This document shows, one piece after another, positions 51,298 through 60,420 of a stretch of DNA of 64,000 nucleotides; within the stretch, counting starts at the first letter, position 1; each line of letters begins with the position of its first letter. Under the pieces are notes generated by a model. That model was not told where the DNA came from. It made no database searches and saw only the letters and a program-made list of their open reading frames with translations. Origin of the DNA: a virus; the IMG/VR virus record IMGVR_UViG_3300025127_000013, positions 32,001-96,000 of that record. The stretch is one strand, 5' to 3'. The translations under genes and the position numbers were made by a program.

Positions 51298-52877
51298 GTT
51301 TTGAACTTACCAAAAAACAAAAGTTTCAAGAAATATTAAAGTGTGGTAAAGACCCAGCATACTTCTTGAAAAATTATGCCCGTATATCACATCCGATGCA
51401 CGGGCTAATCCTTTTTGACACATATGATTTTCAAGATACTTTATTAGACGATTTTAACGATTATAGATTTAATATTATCTTGAAAGCAAGACAACTAGGT
51501 ATTTCAACAATCACGGCCGGGTACATTTCTTGGCTTATGCTTTTTCATAAAGATAAGTCAATCCTTGTTATGGCAACTAAGTTTGCAACTGCTGGTAACC
51601 TTGTTAAAAAGGTTAAAAGCATTATGAAGAATTTGCCAGAGTGGATTCGCATAGCTACAATCTCGGTTGATAACCGAACATCATTTGAACTGTCTAATGG
51701 CTCTTCAATTAAGGCGGCCTCAACTTCTGGAGATGCTGGTCGTTCTGAAGCACTGTCATTACTTGTTCTTGATGAGGCTGCACACATTGAAGGTCTTGAA
51801 GAGTTGTGGACTGGTCTGTACCCCACACTGTCTACTGGTGGTCGTTGCATCGCACTGTCAACTCCTAATGGTGTTGGTAATTGGTTTCATAAAAACTGTG
51901 TTGATGCAGAAAGTGGAGCGAACAACTTTAATCTCACAACACTACCATGGGATGTTCATCCCGATAGAGATAAAGAGTGGTACAAAAAAGAAACCAGAAA
52001 TATGTCCAAGCGGCAGATTGCTCAAGAGCTTGAATGTAATTTCAACACTTCTGGCGAGACTGTAATTGATCCTGATTGTATGGAATGGCTTTTATCAAAT
52101 GTGTGTGAGCCAAAATATAGAACTGGTTTTGATAGAAACTTTTGGATTTGGGAAGAGTATGATCCTACATGTAATTATCTTATGGTTGCTGATGTAGCCA
52201 GAGGTGATGGTGCTGATTATTCTACTTTTCATATGGTTAAGTTAGAAACACTGCAAGTAGTTGGTGAGTATCAGGGTAAGCCAACTTTAGATATGTATGC
52301 TAATATGCTAAATCAAGTTGGTAGAGAATTTGGAAATGCAATGTTAGTTGTAGAAAACAACAATGTAGGCTTCTCAGTGCTTGACAAATTAATCGAAGCA
52401 CAATATCCGAACTTATACCACTCAGTCAAATCGACACACGAATATATCGAGCAGTATCAAGCAGAATATAGAAACAGTGCTGTTCCGGGTTTTACTACAT
52501 CATCAAAGACCCGACCCCTTATAGTAGCGAAATTAGAAGAGTTTATCAGAAATAAACTAATTACGGTATATTCTTCTCGTACAATTAATGAGATGAAGAC
52601 TTTTATTTGGAGGAATGGTCGCCCACAAGCTATGAAAGGTTATCATGATGATCTCATCATGGCTCTTGCAATTGCATGTTGGGTTAGAGATACAGCGATT
52701 CAAAACAGTGCAAGAGATTTAAATTACCAACGGGCTTTTGTTGATGCAATCATAACTTCCAAAACCACCATGAATACACAAATAAAAGGTCAAATAGGAT
52801 ACAAAAAACAAGAATCTTTTGATAAACTTAATGAAGCAAAAAGTATTTATGACCAGTACAAATGGATTATAAAGTGA
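51294..52877 (+). CDS. terminase large subunit (T4 gp17-like)
   Basis: KCGKDPAYF, LKARQLGIST (Walker A), LVLDEAAH (Walker B), LSTPNG, QELECNF, ADVARGDGADYS, VENNN, HDDLIMALA. Confidence 0.96.
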   Translation: MSFELTKKQKFQEILKCGKDPAYFLKNYARISHPMHGLILFDTYDFQDTLLDDFNDYRFNIILKARQLGISTITAGYISWLMLFHKDKSILVMATKFATAGNLVKKVKSIMKNLPEWIRIATISVDNRTSFELSNGSSIKAASTSGDAGRSEALSLLVLDEAAHIEGLEELWTGLYPTLSTGGRCIALSTPNGVGNWFHKNCVDAESGANNFNLTTLPWDVHPDRDKEWYKKETRNMSKRQIAQELECNFNTSGETVIDPDCMEWLLSNVCEPKYRTGFDRNFWIWEEYDPTCNYLMVADVARGDGADYSTFHMVKLETLQVVGEYQGKPTLDMYANMLNQVGREFGNAMLVVENNNVGFSVLDKLIEAQYPNLYHSVKSTHEYIEQYQAEYRNSAVPGFTTSSKTRPLIVAKLEEFIRNKLITVYSSRTINEMKTFIWRNGRPQAMKGYHDDLIMALAIACWVRDTAIQNSARDLNYQRAFVDAIITSKTTMNTQIKGQIGYKKQESFDKLNEAKSIYDQYKWIIK

Positions 52878-52885
52878 GAAAATAA

Positions 52886-54895
52886 ATGGCCGATAACAAA
52901 AACAATCCCAGAAACAATCAATCACAATTATTTAAATCTTTGACAAGATTATTTTCTGGGCCAATAATCAATTACAGATCACAATCAGGTCGTAGAATTC
53001 GCAGGCAACACCTTGACAAGTTTTCGTCTAGATTCAAATCAGCTAGCGGCCAGCAGTTTAAAAAGACTCATTATAGTCCGCTTGATCAAATCGGTGCAAA
53101 TGCAATCTCCAATCAAAGAAGATCTGAAAGATATATTGATTTCGATCAGATGGAGTATATGCCTGAGATTGCATCATCGCTTGATATCTATGCAGACGAA
53201 ATGACTACCTATTCTGATCTCAGGCCAATGCTAAACATACATTGTCCCAATGAAGAATTGAGAGCGGTACTAGCAATTTTATACGAAAATATTCTTAATG
53301 TAGAATATAATTTATTTGGCTGGTCAAGAACAATGTGCAAGTATGGTGACTTTATGCTGTACTTGGATATTGATGATAAGTATGGAGTTCAATCAGCAAT
53401 ATCTCTGCCTCCCCAAGAAGTGGAAAGATTAGAGGGACAAGATGCGACCAACCCAAATTATATACAATATCAGTGGAACTCCGCAGGCTTAACATTTGAA
53501 AACTGGCAAGTTGCACACTTTAGAGTATTGGGTAATGATAAGTATACACCTTACGGAACATCCATTCTTGAGCCGGCCCGTCGCATATGGCGACAGTTGA
53601 CTTTGATGGAAGATGCGATGATGGCTTATCGTGTTATTCGTTCCTCCGAAAGAAGAGTATTTAAAATTGATGTTGGTGGAGTTCCACCACAAGAGGTTGA
53701 GCAGTTCATGGAAAAAACTGTTTCACAACTTAAAAGAAATTCAGTCGTAGATCCAGACACTGGTCGTGTCGATCTACGATATAACCCAATGTCTATTGAA
53801 GAAGATTATTTTATTCCTGTTCGTGCAGGCTCAACAACTGATATTCAAACCCTTGCAGGTGCCTCTAATATAACAGCTATCGATGATGTCAAGTATTTAA
53901 GAGATAAATTATTCTCAGCACTTAAGATACCACAATCATATCTTACAATGGGCGAGGGTGCTACTGAAGATAAAACCACATTAGCACAAAAGGACATTCG
54001 ATTTGCTAGAACTATTCAGAGACTACAGAGAGTCGTTATTTCGGAGCTTGAAAAGGTTGGCATTATCCATCTTTACACTCTGGGCTTCCGCGGAGATGAC
54101 CTGCTTTCATTTAAGTTGTCACTTAACAATCCGTCAAAGATCGCTGAGATTCAAGAGATTGAGCACTGGAAGGCCAAGTTTGATATTGCCGGTGCGGCTA
54201 CAGAGGGTTATTTTTCCCGTCGTTGGGTTTCTGAGAATATTTTTGGAATTACTAACGAAGAGTTTATTCGCAATCAAAGAGAGATGTATTATGACAGAAA
54301 ACATGATGCCTCGCTTCAACAAGTTGCAGAAGGTGCAGCAGCCGCTGGTGCTGGCGATGGCTTAGGCGGTGGCTTGGGCGGAGGTGATTTGGGTGGAGAC
54401 TTGGGCGGTGATTTAGGAACTGAAACTCCACCAGCCACTGGCCCCACAGAGATCCCAGCGACTGATGTTACCGATACGACACCAGCACCCGCAGGTGATA
54501 CTGGTGGAGGCGACTCGCCGCTATTGGCAGTCCCTCCCGGTTCAAGAACTTCCAAGAGCTTAAATCCATCCGATCCAAAGGTTAGCACCTATGCTAAGAG
54601 TAGCTACAGAAGAAAAGACGGAGTAAATGATGCTCGCCCGGCCGGCAAAAGAGCACAATCATATGCTTCGCTCGCGACACCTGAAACTAACACGATGCGA
54701 AAAAACAATCTTGGTTACCCTGAGTTAAGATCATTGGGCAGAGGAGTTTTTACTGAGGAGACATCTATATATTCTGATAGAGAATTAGACGAGGAACAAA
54801 AAATCCTTGAAATGAATAATTCAGTGAAATCACTAATTGATGTTTTAGATAAAAAAGATAAACTACTGACGGAGCAAAAAGATGAAACACAATAA
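52886..54895 (+). CDS. portal protein (T4 gp20-like)
   Basis: PEIASSLDIYADE, LMEDAMMAYRVIRSSERRVFKIDVG, EEDYFIPVR, IDDVKYLRDKLFSALKIP. Confidence 0.95.
   Translation: MADNKNNPRNNQSQLFKSLTRLFSGPIINYRSQSGRRIRRQHLDKFSSRFKSASGQQFKKTHYSPLDQIGANAISNQRRSERYIDFDQMEYMPEIASSLDIYADEMTTYSDLRPMLNIHCPNEELRAVLAILYENILNVEYNLFGWSRTMCKYGDFMLYLDIDDKYGVQSAISLPPQEVERLEGQDATNPNYIQYQWNSAGLTFENWQVAHFRVLGNDKYTPYGTSILEPARRIWRQLTLMEDAMMAYRVIRSSERRVFKIDVGGVPPQEVEQFMEKTVSQLKRNSVVDPDTGRVDLRYNPMSIEEDYFIPVRAGSTTDIQTLAGASNITAIDDVKYLRDKLFSALKIPQSYLTMGEGATEDKTTLAQKDIRFARTIQRLQRVVISELEKVGIIHLYTLGFRGDDLLSFKLSLNNPSKIAEIQEIEHWKAKFDIAGAATEGYFSRRWVSENIFGITNEEFIRNQREMYYDRKHDASLQQVAEGAAAAGAGDGLGGGLGGGDLGGDLGGDLGTETPPATGPTEIPATDVTDTTPAPAGDTGGGDSPLLAVPPGSRTSKSLNPSDPKVSTYAKSSYRRKDGVNDARPAGKRAQSYASLATPETNTMRKNNLGYPELRSLGRGVFTEETSIYSDRELDEEQKILEMNNSVKSLIDVLDKKDKLLTEQKDETQ
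54350..54420 (+). repeat. GGDL/GGGL low-complexity repeat in the portal C-terminal tail
   Basis: GDGLGGGLGGGDLGGDLGGDLG. Confidence 0.7.
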
Positions 54896-55682
54896 AAAAA
54901 GAAACACGGCATTTGTTTTTGAGTCGCTTGTAAAAGAAATTACTGCAGCGATTATCAAGAATGATGTTGATAGAAAAAACAAAGCGGTTTCTATTGTCAA
55001 GAAACACTTCCAGCCCGGCAGTGCTCTTCGCCAGCATCTAGATTGTTACAAATCTTTATATGAAAATCAAGGTTTAGAAAGAGAGACATGCGAAAGAATA
55101 CTTAAAGAAGCTAACATATCTGCTCGTTTGATTGATCCTCATGGATTATTTAAACAACAGACTGAACTTATTAATGATATTAATAAAGAATTAGACTCTA
55201 CTGTGTTTAACAATTTTGTACCAAACTATAAAACTCTGGCGACCATTGATCAAATATTCAATGTTAAGACATCCCCAAAAAATAAAGTAATGCTTGAAAA
55301 TCAAATTGTTCAAAATATGTCTAAACAACAAGAGACCAATTCACAACAAGATGTTGATGGACTTACTTTAACAACATTTATCAGTAAGTTTAATGAAAAG
55401 TACTCTGATACTTTGCTTGAAGAACAAAAAGAACTTCTGAATTATTACATCACATCATTTGTTGACAATGCTGTAGAACTTAAGATGTTTTTAAATGAAG
55501 AGCTTGTAAGATTAAAAGAACAAATTGATTCTGTAGAAGATGGTGAACTTAATGATAAGAAACAACAAATTACAGAAAAGTTGGACAGCTTTCAATCATC
55601 TGATATAAACGATAACTTGTTGCTTACTGTATTAAAAACACAACAACTCGTAAAGGAACTTAGCAATGGCAGTGATCATTAA
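54882..55682 (+). CDS. conserved-looking head-region hypothetical protein
   Basis: MKHNKKRNTAFVFESL...FVPNYKTLATI...FNEKYS; lies between portal and protease. Confidence 0.7.
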   Translation: MKHNKKRNTAFVFESLVKEITAAIIKNDVDRKNKAVSIVKKHFQPGSALRQHLDCYKSLYENQGLERETCERILKEANISARLIDPHGLFKQQTELINDINKELDSTVFNNFVPNYKTLATIDQIFNVKTSPKNKVMLENQIVQNMSKQQETNSQQDVDGLTLTTFISKFNEKYSDTLLEEQKELLNYYITSFVDNAVELKMFLNEELVRLKEQIDSVEDGELNDKKQQITEKLDSFQSSDINDNLLLTVLKTQQLVKELSNGSDH

Positions 55683-56205
55683 AGTTGGTAAGAAGTCAAA
55701 TCAAAAAAAGATAAGACTTGAAATGGATTTACGTCGTTCTATGAACGGTGATTTAATGATTTTTGATCACGGAGACATTGATATAGTGCTATCACCAAAT
55801 AAAAATAAAGTTGTTGCTTTTCCAAAAGATTCTTTAACTGAACTTTCGTATGGTGCACAGAATAGATTGTTTGCATGCCTACGAAAAAAGGGAATTGTTA
55901 TTCCTGAAAGTATTCAAGCCGGCTCTTTCTTTGGATCTTTTGAGGCTACTCTTGAAGAATCTACCGACCCTGATGCTTCATCAGCGAAAATGGCACTGAT
56001 TAACATACACAATTTTATTGAAGAAGAAAGACCATACTTTGAACAAGTTGAAGCAATTGTCTCGATGGATGATCAACATAACATTCACCCCGACAAGGAA
56101 TACTCTACAGAACTTGGCGAAGTGCCACAGGCTGAAGAAAAAGGATCTATCCAGCCCGGTTACATTAGAGATCCTTATGCATACAATTACATGTATACAA
56201 TTTGA
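55666..56205 (+). CDS. hypothetical protein
   Basis: Coupled ORF; STELGEVPQ...KGSI. Confidence 0.7.
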   Translation: MAVIIKVGKKSNQKKIRLEMDLRRSMNGDLMIFDHGDIDIVLSPNKNKVVAFPKDSLTELSYGAQNRLFACLRKKGIVIPESIQAGSFFGSFEATLEESTDPDASSAKMALINIHNFIEEERPYFEQVEAIVSMDDQHNIHPDKEYSTELGEVPQAEEKGSIQPGYIRDPYAYNYMYTI

Positions 56206-56212
56206 GGAATTA

Positions 56213-56575
56213 ATGGAATTATTAACATTTATACTTTGTGCATATGGCTTAACTCAAATTGTTGTATACGGTAAAATATTTAAAAATGTAAGACCAAAGG
56301 AAGGCCGCCTTGGAGAATTATTTAATTGTCCAATGTGCATGGGCTTTCATATAGGTTGGTTTTTATTACTACTTTCTCCATTCACAGAACTATTTAACTT
56401 TGATGTGACTGTAGCCAATTTTTTTCTTATGGGTTGGTTATCGTCAGGGACATCTTATGTACTTAACATGATTTTTGGAGATGAGGGAATTAAACATGAA
56501 TACAAACAATCAAACCCAGAGTCCTGCCACTTGGACAAACAAGTGGATGCTGCAGCCAGTCAGACGGTGCTGTAA
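56213..56575 (+). CDS. membrane protein (DUF1360-like, CxxC)
   Basis: GAGG SD; hydrophobic helices; LGELFNCPMCMGFHIG. Confidence 0.65.
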   Translation: MELLTFILCAYGLTQIVVYGKIFKNVRPKEGRLGELFNCPMCMGFHIGWFLLLLSPFTELFNFDVTVANFFLMGWLSSGTSYVLNMIFGDEGIKHEYKQSNPESCHLDKQVDAAASQTVL

Positions 56576-56585
56576 GGGCTCTTAG
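56496..56585 (+). CDS. candidate 29-aa peptide ending WMLQPVRRCCKGS
   Basis: GAGGGA SD; ATG 56496 in an overlapping frame; stop 2 nt before the protease ATG. Confidence 0.4.
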   Translation: MNTNNQTQSPATWTNKWMLQPVRRCCKGS

Positions 56586-56587
56586 CT

Positions 56588-57193
56588 ATGGGTAAAAAAT
56601 TACTACGAGAATACTACGAGCTTTGCGAAGGTGGAGTTTGTAAAGATCTTCTCACAGAAGAAGAGAAGAGATTTGTCTCTGATGGTGGGATGATTCTTTC
56701 TGGCATTATGCAGATGTGCGAAACACTAAACGGCAATGGTCGTATCTATACGGAGAGTGTTCTAAAAAGAGAAGTTGGGAAATACCAACAGCTTGTTAAG
56801 GAAAGACGGGCCCTTGGTGAGCTTGATCATCCAGACAAAGTTGAAGTTTCATTGGCATCTGTCTCCCATAAGGTTACCTCTATCTGGATGGAAGGCAATA
56901 AAGTAATGGGTAAAATTCAAGTTCTTGATACACCTGCCGGTCAAACACTTCGTGCACTTGTAGAGGGCGGATGCTCGATTGGTATTTCGTCCCGCGGCAC
57001 TGGATCAGTTCAAGAACAAAATGGTAAATCAATTGTACAAGAAGACTTTGAGTTGGTTTGTTTTGATGTTGTGTCAGAGCCATCAACCCCGGGTGCTTTT
57101 ATGATGAGAGAAGCTAAGGACTACGGCTTAAAAGAAAGCAAGAATGATAAAATTAACAGTCTCATAGACGAGGTATTAAAAGATGAAATATGA
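56588..57193 (+). CDS. prohead core protease (T4 gp21-like)
   Basis: NGNGRIY, ALGELDHP, VSHKV, TPAGQ, GISSRGTGS, FDVVSEPSTPGAF. Confidence 0.95.
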   Translation: MGKKLLREYYELCEGGVCKDLLTEEEKRFVSDGGMILSGIMQMCETLNGNGRIYTESVLKREVGKYQQLVKERRALGELDHPDKVEVSLASVSHKVTSIWMEGNKVMGKIQVLDTPAGQTLRALVEGGCSIGISSRGTGSVQEQNGKSIVQEDFELVCFDVVSEPSTPGAFMMREAKDYGLKESKNDKINSLIDEVLKDEI

Positions 57194-57728
57194 AAACTAT
57201 GCATTAATTCAGGAAAACTGGAACAAGTTTGCTGTCGAAGTTACTGAAGATAAAATGGAATTAGACGAGGCCCGTGGAGGCAAGATTGCAGCTACAGCAT
57301 TAGACGGTGCTGTGGGACTTGGTGTAGCCTTAGACTTAGCTGGTGTTGATTTTGCGAGCATGATACTTACGGATGATTCGGCACCATATTTGATTGGGTA
57401 TGCCCTGTTCAGGCTTGTTCAGAAAGTAGCAAAACAAACTGGCAAATCCCCTAAAGAAATTATTGTTAATCATTTAGATGCAATTGACAACAACCCAAGA
57501 GCTAGTGCAGCTCTAAGGTATTTAGTTAGGCAAGCATCTGTTATAATCGACCCCAAAGGTGATGAAGAATTGGATGATCCAAAAGCACTTGAAGCAGCAC
57601 TCGCTCCAGTTGTCGATAAGACGAAAGATGCTATTCAGAAAGACCCATCGTTTAAGGGTGCCAATCCATCAGCAGATAAGTCAAAGGCCAGCATGGGCCA
57701 GCCAGTTCCCGTTAAAATTACAGAGTAA
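57183..57728 (+). CDS. hypothetical protein (N-terminal LIxENWxKF motif)
   Basis: GAGG SD; follows the protease gene. Confidence 0.7.
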   Translation: MKYENYALIQENWNKFAVEVTEDKMELDEARGGKIAATALDGAVGLGVALDLAGVDFASMILTDDSAPYLIGYALFRLVQKVAKQTGKSPKEIIVNHLDAIDNNPRASAALRYLVRQASVIIDPKGDEELDDPKALEAALAPVVDKTKDAIQKDPSFKGANPSADKSKASMGQPVPVKITE

Positions 57729-57731
57729 ATA

Positions 57732-58124
57732 ATGAAAAAATCAGAATTAAAAAAAGTTATAAAGCCACTCGTAAAGGAATGTATACAAGAAGTTCTTATT
57801 GAAGAGGGTTTGCTTTCTAGTGTTGTTTCAGAAGTTGTAAAAGGTATTACAGATACAACCATAGTTGAACAGAGAAAAGCTGTGCCACAACAGATTGTTC
57901 GTGAGCCGAAGAACACAAACTTAAAACAACAAAGGCAAAAGCTGATGGGTGCTATCAATAAGGATGCATACAACGGTGTAGACTTGTTTGAAGGTACAAC
58001 TCCTGCCCCAGCACAAAGAGAACAATCTGCAGGTGCTGTTGATTTGGGTGATCCAAATGATGCGGGAGTTGATATTAGCTCAATCATGGGTGCATCATCT
58101 AAAATATGGGAAAGATTAAAGTAG
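57732..58124 (+). CDS. hypothetical protein (MKKSELKKVIKPLVKECIQE)
   Basis: ORF whose N-terminus is related to the LKxII tag. Confidence 0.7.
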   Translation: MKKSELKKVIKPLVKECIQEVLIEEGLLSSVVSEVVKGITDTTIVEQRKAVPQQIVREPKNTNLKQQRQKLMGAINKDAYNGVDLFEGTTPAPAQREQSAGAVDLGDPNDAGVDISSIMGASSKIWERLK

Positions 58125-58130
58125 GTAATA

Positions 58131-58373
58131 ATGAAAAAGAAGTCACAAGTAGTAACTAAAAGATTTAATAATAGAGAAAGCAACGAAAGATTAATTCGTA
58201 GATTTCTTAAGAAAGTCAAGAAAGAAAGAATTGTCGAAGAAGTCAGAGATAGACGGCACTACGAAAAGCCCTCAGTTAAGAAGAAAATCAAAAAAGAAAG
58301 AGCACAAAGAGCAAGACTCAGAGAAGAAAGAAAAAAGCAAAGAGCTTTAGAAAGACGTCGAAGAAAAATTTAG
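58131..58373 (+). CDS. rpsU: ribosomal protein bS21 homolog
   Basis: ESNERLIRRFLKKVKKERIVEEVRDRRHYEKPSVKKK matches bS21 (ExxExxLRRFKR...ExRxRxxYEKPS); 80 aa, very basic. Confidence 0.85.
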   Translation: MKKKSQVVTKRFNNRESNERLIRRFLKKVKKERIVEEVRDRRHYEKPSVKKKIKKERAQRARLREERKKQRALERRRRKI

Positions 58374-58416
58374 TAACTATTTACATTGTAAATCAAAAAT
58401 TTAAAGGAGTTTAATA

Positions 58417-58845
58417 ATGGGAAGTTGGGAACTTAGACCGGGATTACATAATGTCGGTTCCTTTCAGGTAAGTGGAAAACCTTTTGCTTCAGGCTCGTGC
58501 TTAGCACCAGCCAGTGGCTCGACACATGTATTAACAGTAGATTTTCCAAATGTAACCAAGTGGGTTCAAATAATACCTCATCGTGACCAAGGCGGAGATT
58601 TGAAGGTTGGATTTAGTGCCGCTGGAATCACCAGTGCCACTGGCGAAGCTTGTTTTAGAATTCATTGTGGTCAGAGCGGTTCTGTTAACGACCCACTTGA
58701 TCTTAAGATTAGTAGATTAACCTTTCAGTCAACCACTACTGAAACTGTAACATTTGATATAGTAGCCGGCTTAACAAACATTCCACCAATTTCTGTTGAA
58801 ACTGAAGATGGTCCAAGTTGGCAAGGCACCACCGGAGTAAAATAG
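58417..58845 (+). CDS. putative virion structural protein
   Basis: GLHNVGSFQVSGKPF...FPNVTKW...AGLTNI; preceded by AACTATTTAC and AGGAG. Confidence 0.65.
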   Translation: MGSWELRPGLHNVGSFQVSGKPFASGSCLAPASGSTHVLTVDFPNVTKWVQIIPHRDQGGDLKVGFSAAGITSATGEACFRIHCGQSGSVNDPLDLKISRLTFQSTTTETVTFDIVAGLTNIPPISVETEDGPSWQGTTGVK

Positions 58846-58849
58846 GCCC

Positions 58850-59560
58850 ATGGCAAATTTCGGCTGGGCATATGTTAATTGTGAAGACACTGGGACTGGC
58901 GGCGGCCAAGCCGCTGGCCCGACCGGTTCGCTGCAATTTTTAACTGGTGCTAATTCTACTAATGGTTCTGCCGCATTAATGTATCATACGGCATCTGATA
59001 CTAGTGTTCATCCATATACTCCAAGCACACTAGTACTATCAGGAAACCTTTTAGTAACTGGTTCAGTATCAGCTAGTGTTTTTCATTACGAAGATATCAC
59101 TAGAATTGATGCAACTGGTTCTACATTTTTTGGTAATACAAATGATGACACACACATGAGAACCGGAAGCTTGGTCGTTACAGAAGCAGGTGCAGGTGCC
59201 GCCACAAACTTTGTGTTAAGTGCAAGTGCAACTCAAAAAGTTGTTAGTGTCGCCGGTTTTGCTGGGGGATATAGCTCTAAAAATGCAGATTTTGCGATCA
59301 CAGAAGATAAACACATATATGGCATAACTAAAACAACTGCCACGATAATTACGGTACCGGCCGCCGATACAGTGCCAACCGGTTTAATTTGGACTATTAA
59401 AGATGAGGTCACTGCAAGAACCGGAGCTAGCAATAATATTACTCTCACCAGTTCATCACCGGTTCAAAACTTGTTTGATGGTGCATCAACTTATATTTTA
59501 ACTGGCACGATGCCAGCAATCAGTATTTATTCAAATGGGACAAACTGGTTTGTCTTCTAA
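58850..59560 (+). CDS. fibre-like virion protein (paralog family)
   Basis: GPTGSLQF, GSTFFGNTNDDTHMRTGS and the shared C-terminal P..G...IKDE...DG...NGTNW domain. Confidence 0.65.
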   Translation: MANFGWAYVNCEDTGTGGGQAAGPTGSLQFLTGANSTNGSAALMYHTASDTSVHPYTPSTLVLSGNLLVTGSVSASVFHYEDITRIDATGSTFFGNTNDDTHMRTGSLVVTEAGAGAATNFVLSASATQKVVSVAGFAGGYSSKNADFAITEDKHIYGITKTTATIITVPAADTVPTGLIWTIKDEVTARTGASNNITLTSSSPVQNLFDGASTYILTGTMPAISIYSNGTNWFVF

Positions 59561-59579
59561 TTAAAGAAGGAGGCACCAA

Positions 59580-60326
59580 ATGGCATACAACAATATATCT
59601 GGAACTGTTCTCCTCCCAAACGAATTATTAAAAGTAGAAGGTATCACTTCTGGTATCGTCTCTGGTAATCTCAGCACATCCGATGGTGCTGAAGTTATTA
59701 ATGTTCCGAGAGTTGCGAATGCGACCAATAATGCAATTGTAACAAATGTTGACGGCAATGCCAATACTTTAACATGTGAATCAAACCTCACATTTGATGG
59801 TGACACATTAAATGTCACAGGAGAAATTACAGCAAGTACGGGTATATCAGCCTCTTACTTAATGGGTGATGGTAGCAGGCTAACTGGTATTTCTGCAGGC
59901 GGCGGTGGAAATGCTAATGCTCAAGGCCCGTTAGGGGCACTTCAATTTCGCAACGATGCGGGTGCTGGAACAATTAGCGGTTCTGATAACCTAATATTTA
60001 ACAACAATATTCTTCAAGTTTTTGGTGGCTTAAAGTTAAACAGAAGAAACACATCATCAACCATAACTGCCTCAATAACCGACTACTATATTGGCACCAA
60101 TACAACTAATGGTGTTTTATCAATTAGATTACCTGATGCCGCTAATTTATTAGATGGTCAAACATATGTTGTGAAAGATGAAGCAGGCACGGCAGCATCT
60201 AATAATGTTACAATTTTAGCATCTGGTTCACAAACAATCGACGGTCAAAATTCAGTAATTTTGGAATCACCTTTTGCATCTATCCAGCTTTATTGTAACG
60301 GTACAAATAAATACTTTATTACATAG
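59580..60326 (+). CDS. fibre-like virion protein (paralog family)
   Basis: MAYN start, ESNLTFDG, GDGSRLTGI, and the shared C-terminal LP...G...VKDE...IDG...LESPFA domain. Confidence 0.7.
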   Translation: MAYNNISGTVLLPNELLKVEGITSGIVSGNLSTSDGAEVINVPRVANATNNAIVTNVDGNANTLTCESNLTFDGDTLNVTGEITASTGISASYLMGDGSRLTGISAGGGGNANAQGPLGALQFRNDAGAGTISGSDNLIFNNNILQVFGGLKLNRRNTSSTITASITDYYIGTNTTNGVLSIRLPDAANLLDGQTYVVKDEAGTAASNNVTILASGSQTIDGQNSVILESPFASIQLYCNGTNKYFIT

Positions 60327-60348
60327 AAAAATACTGTACGGTACATAC

Positions 60349-60420
60349 TATTTATAATTGAGCGGGCTGCCATTTATACATATGAAATATGGATAGGTGT
60401 ATCTCGTTCAGCTATAAATA
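60349..60420 (+). promoter_or_regulatory. long imperfect hairpin / leader bounded by TATTTATA and TATAAATA
   Basis: Nested pairings tatttata/tataaata, tgagcggg/ctcgttca, catttat/ataggtg and catat/atatg around a gaa loop. Confidence 0.55.
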
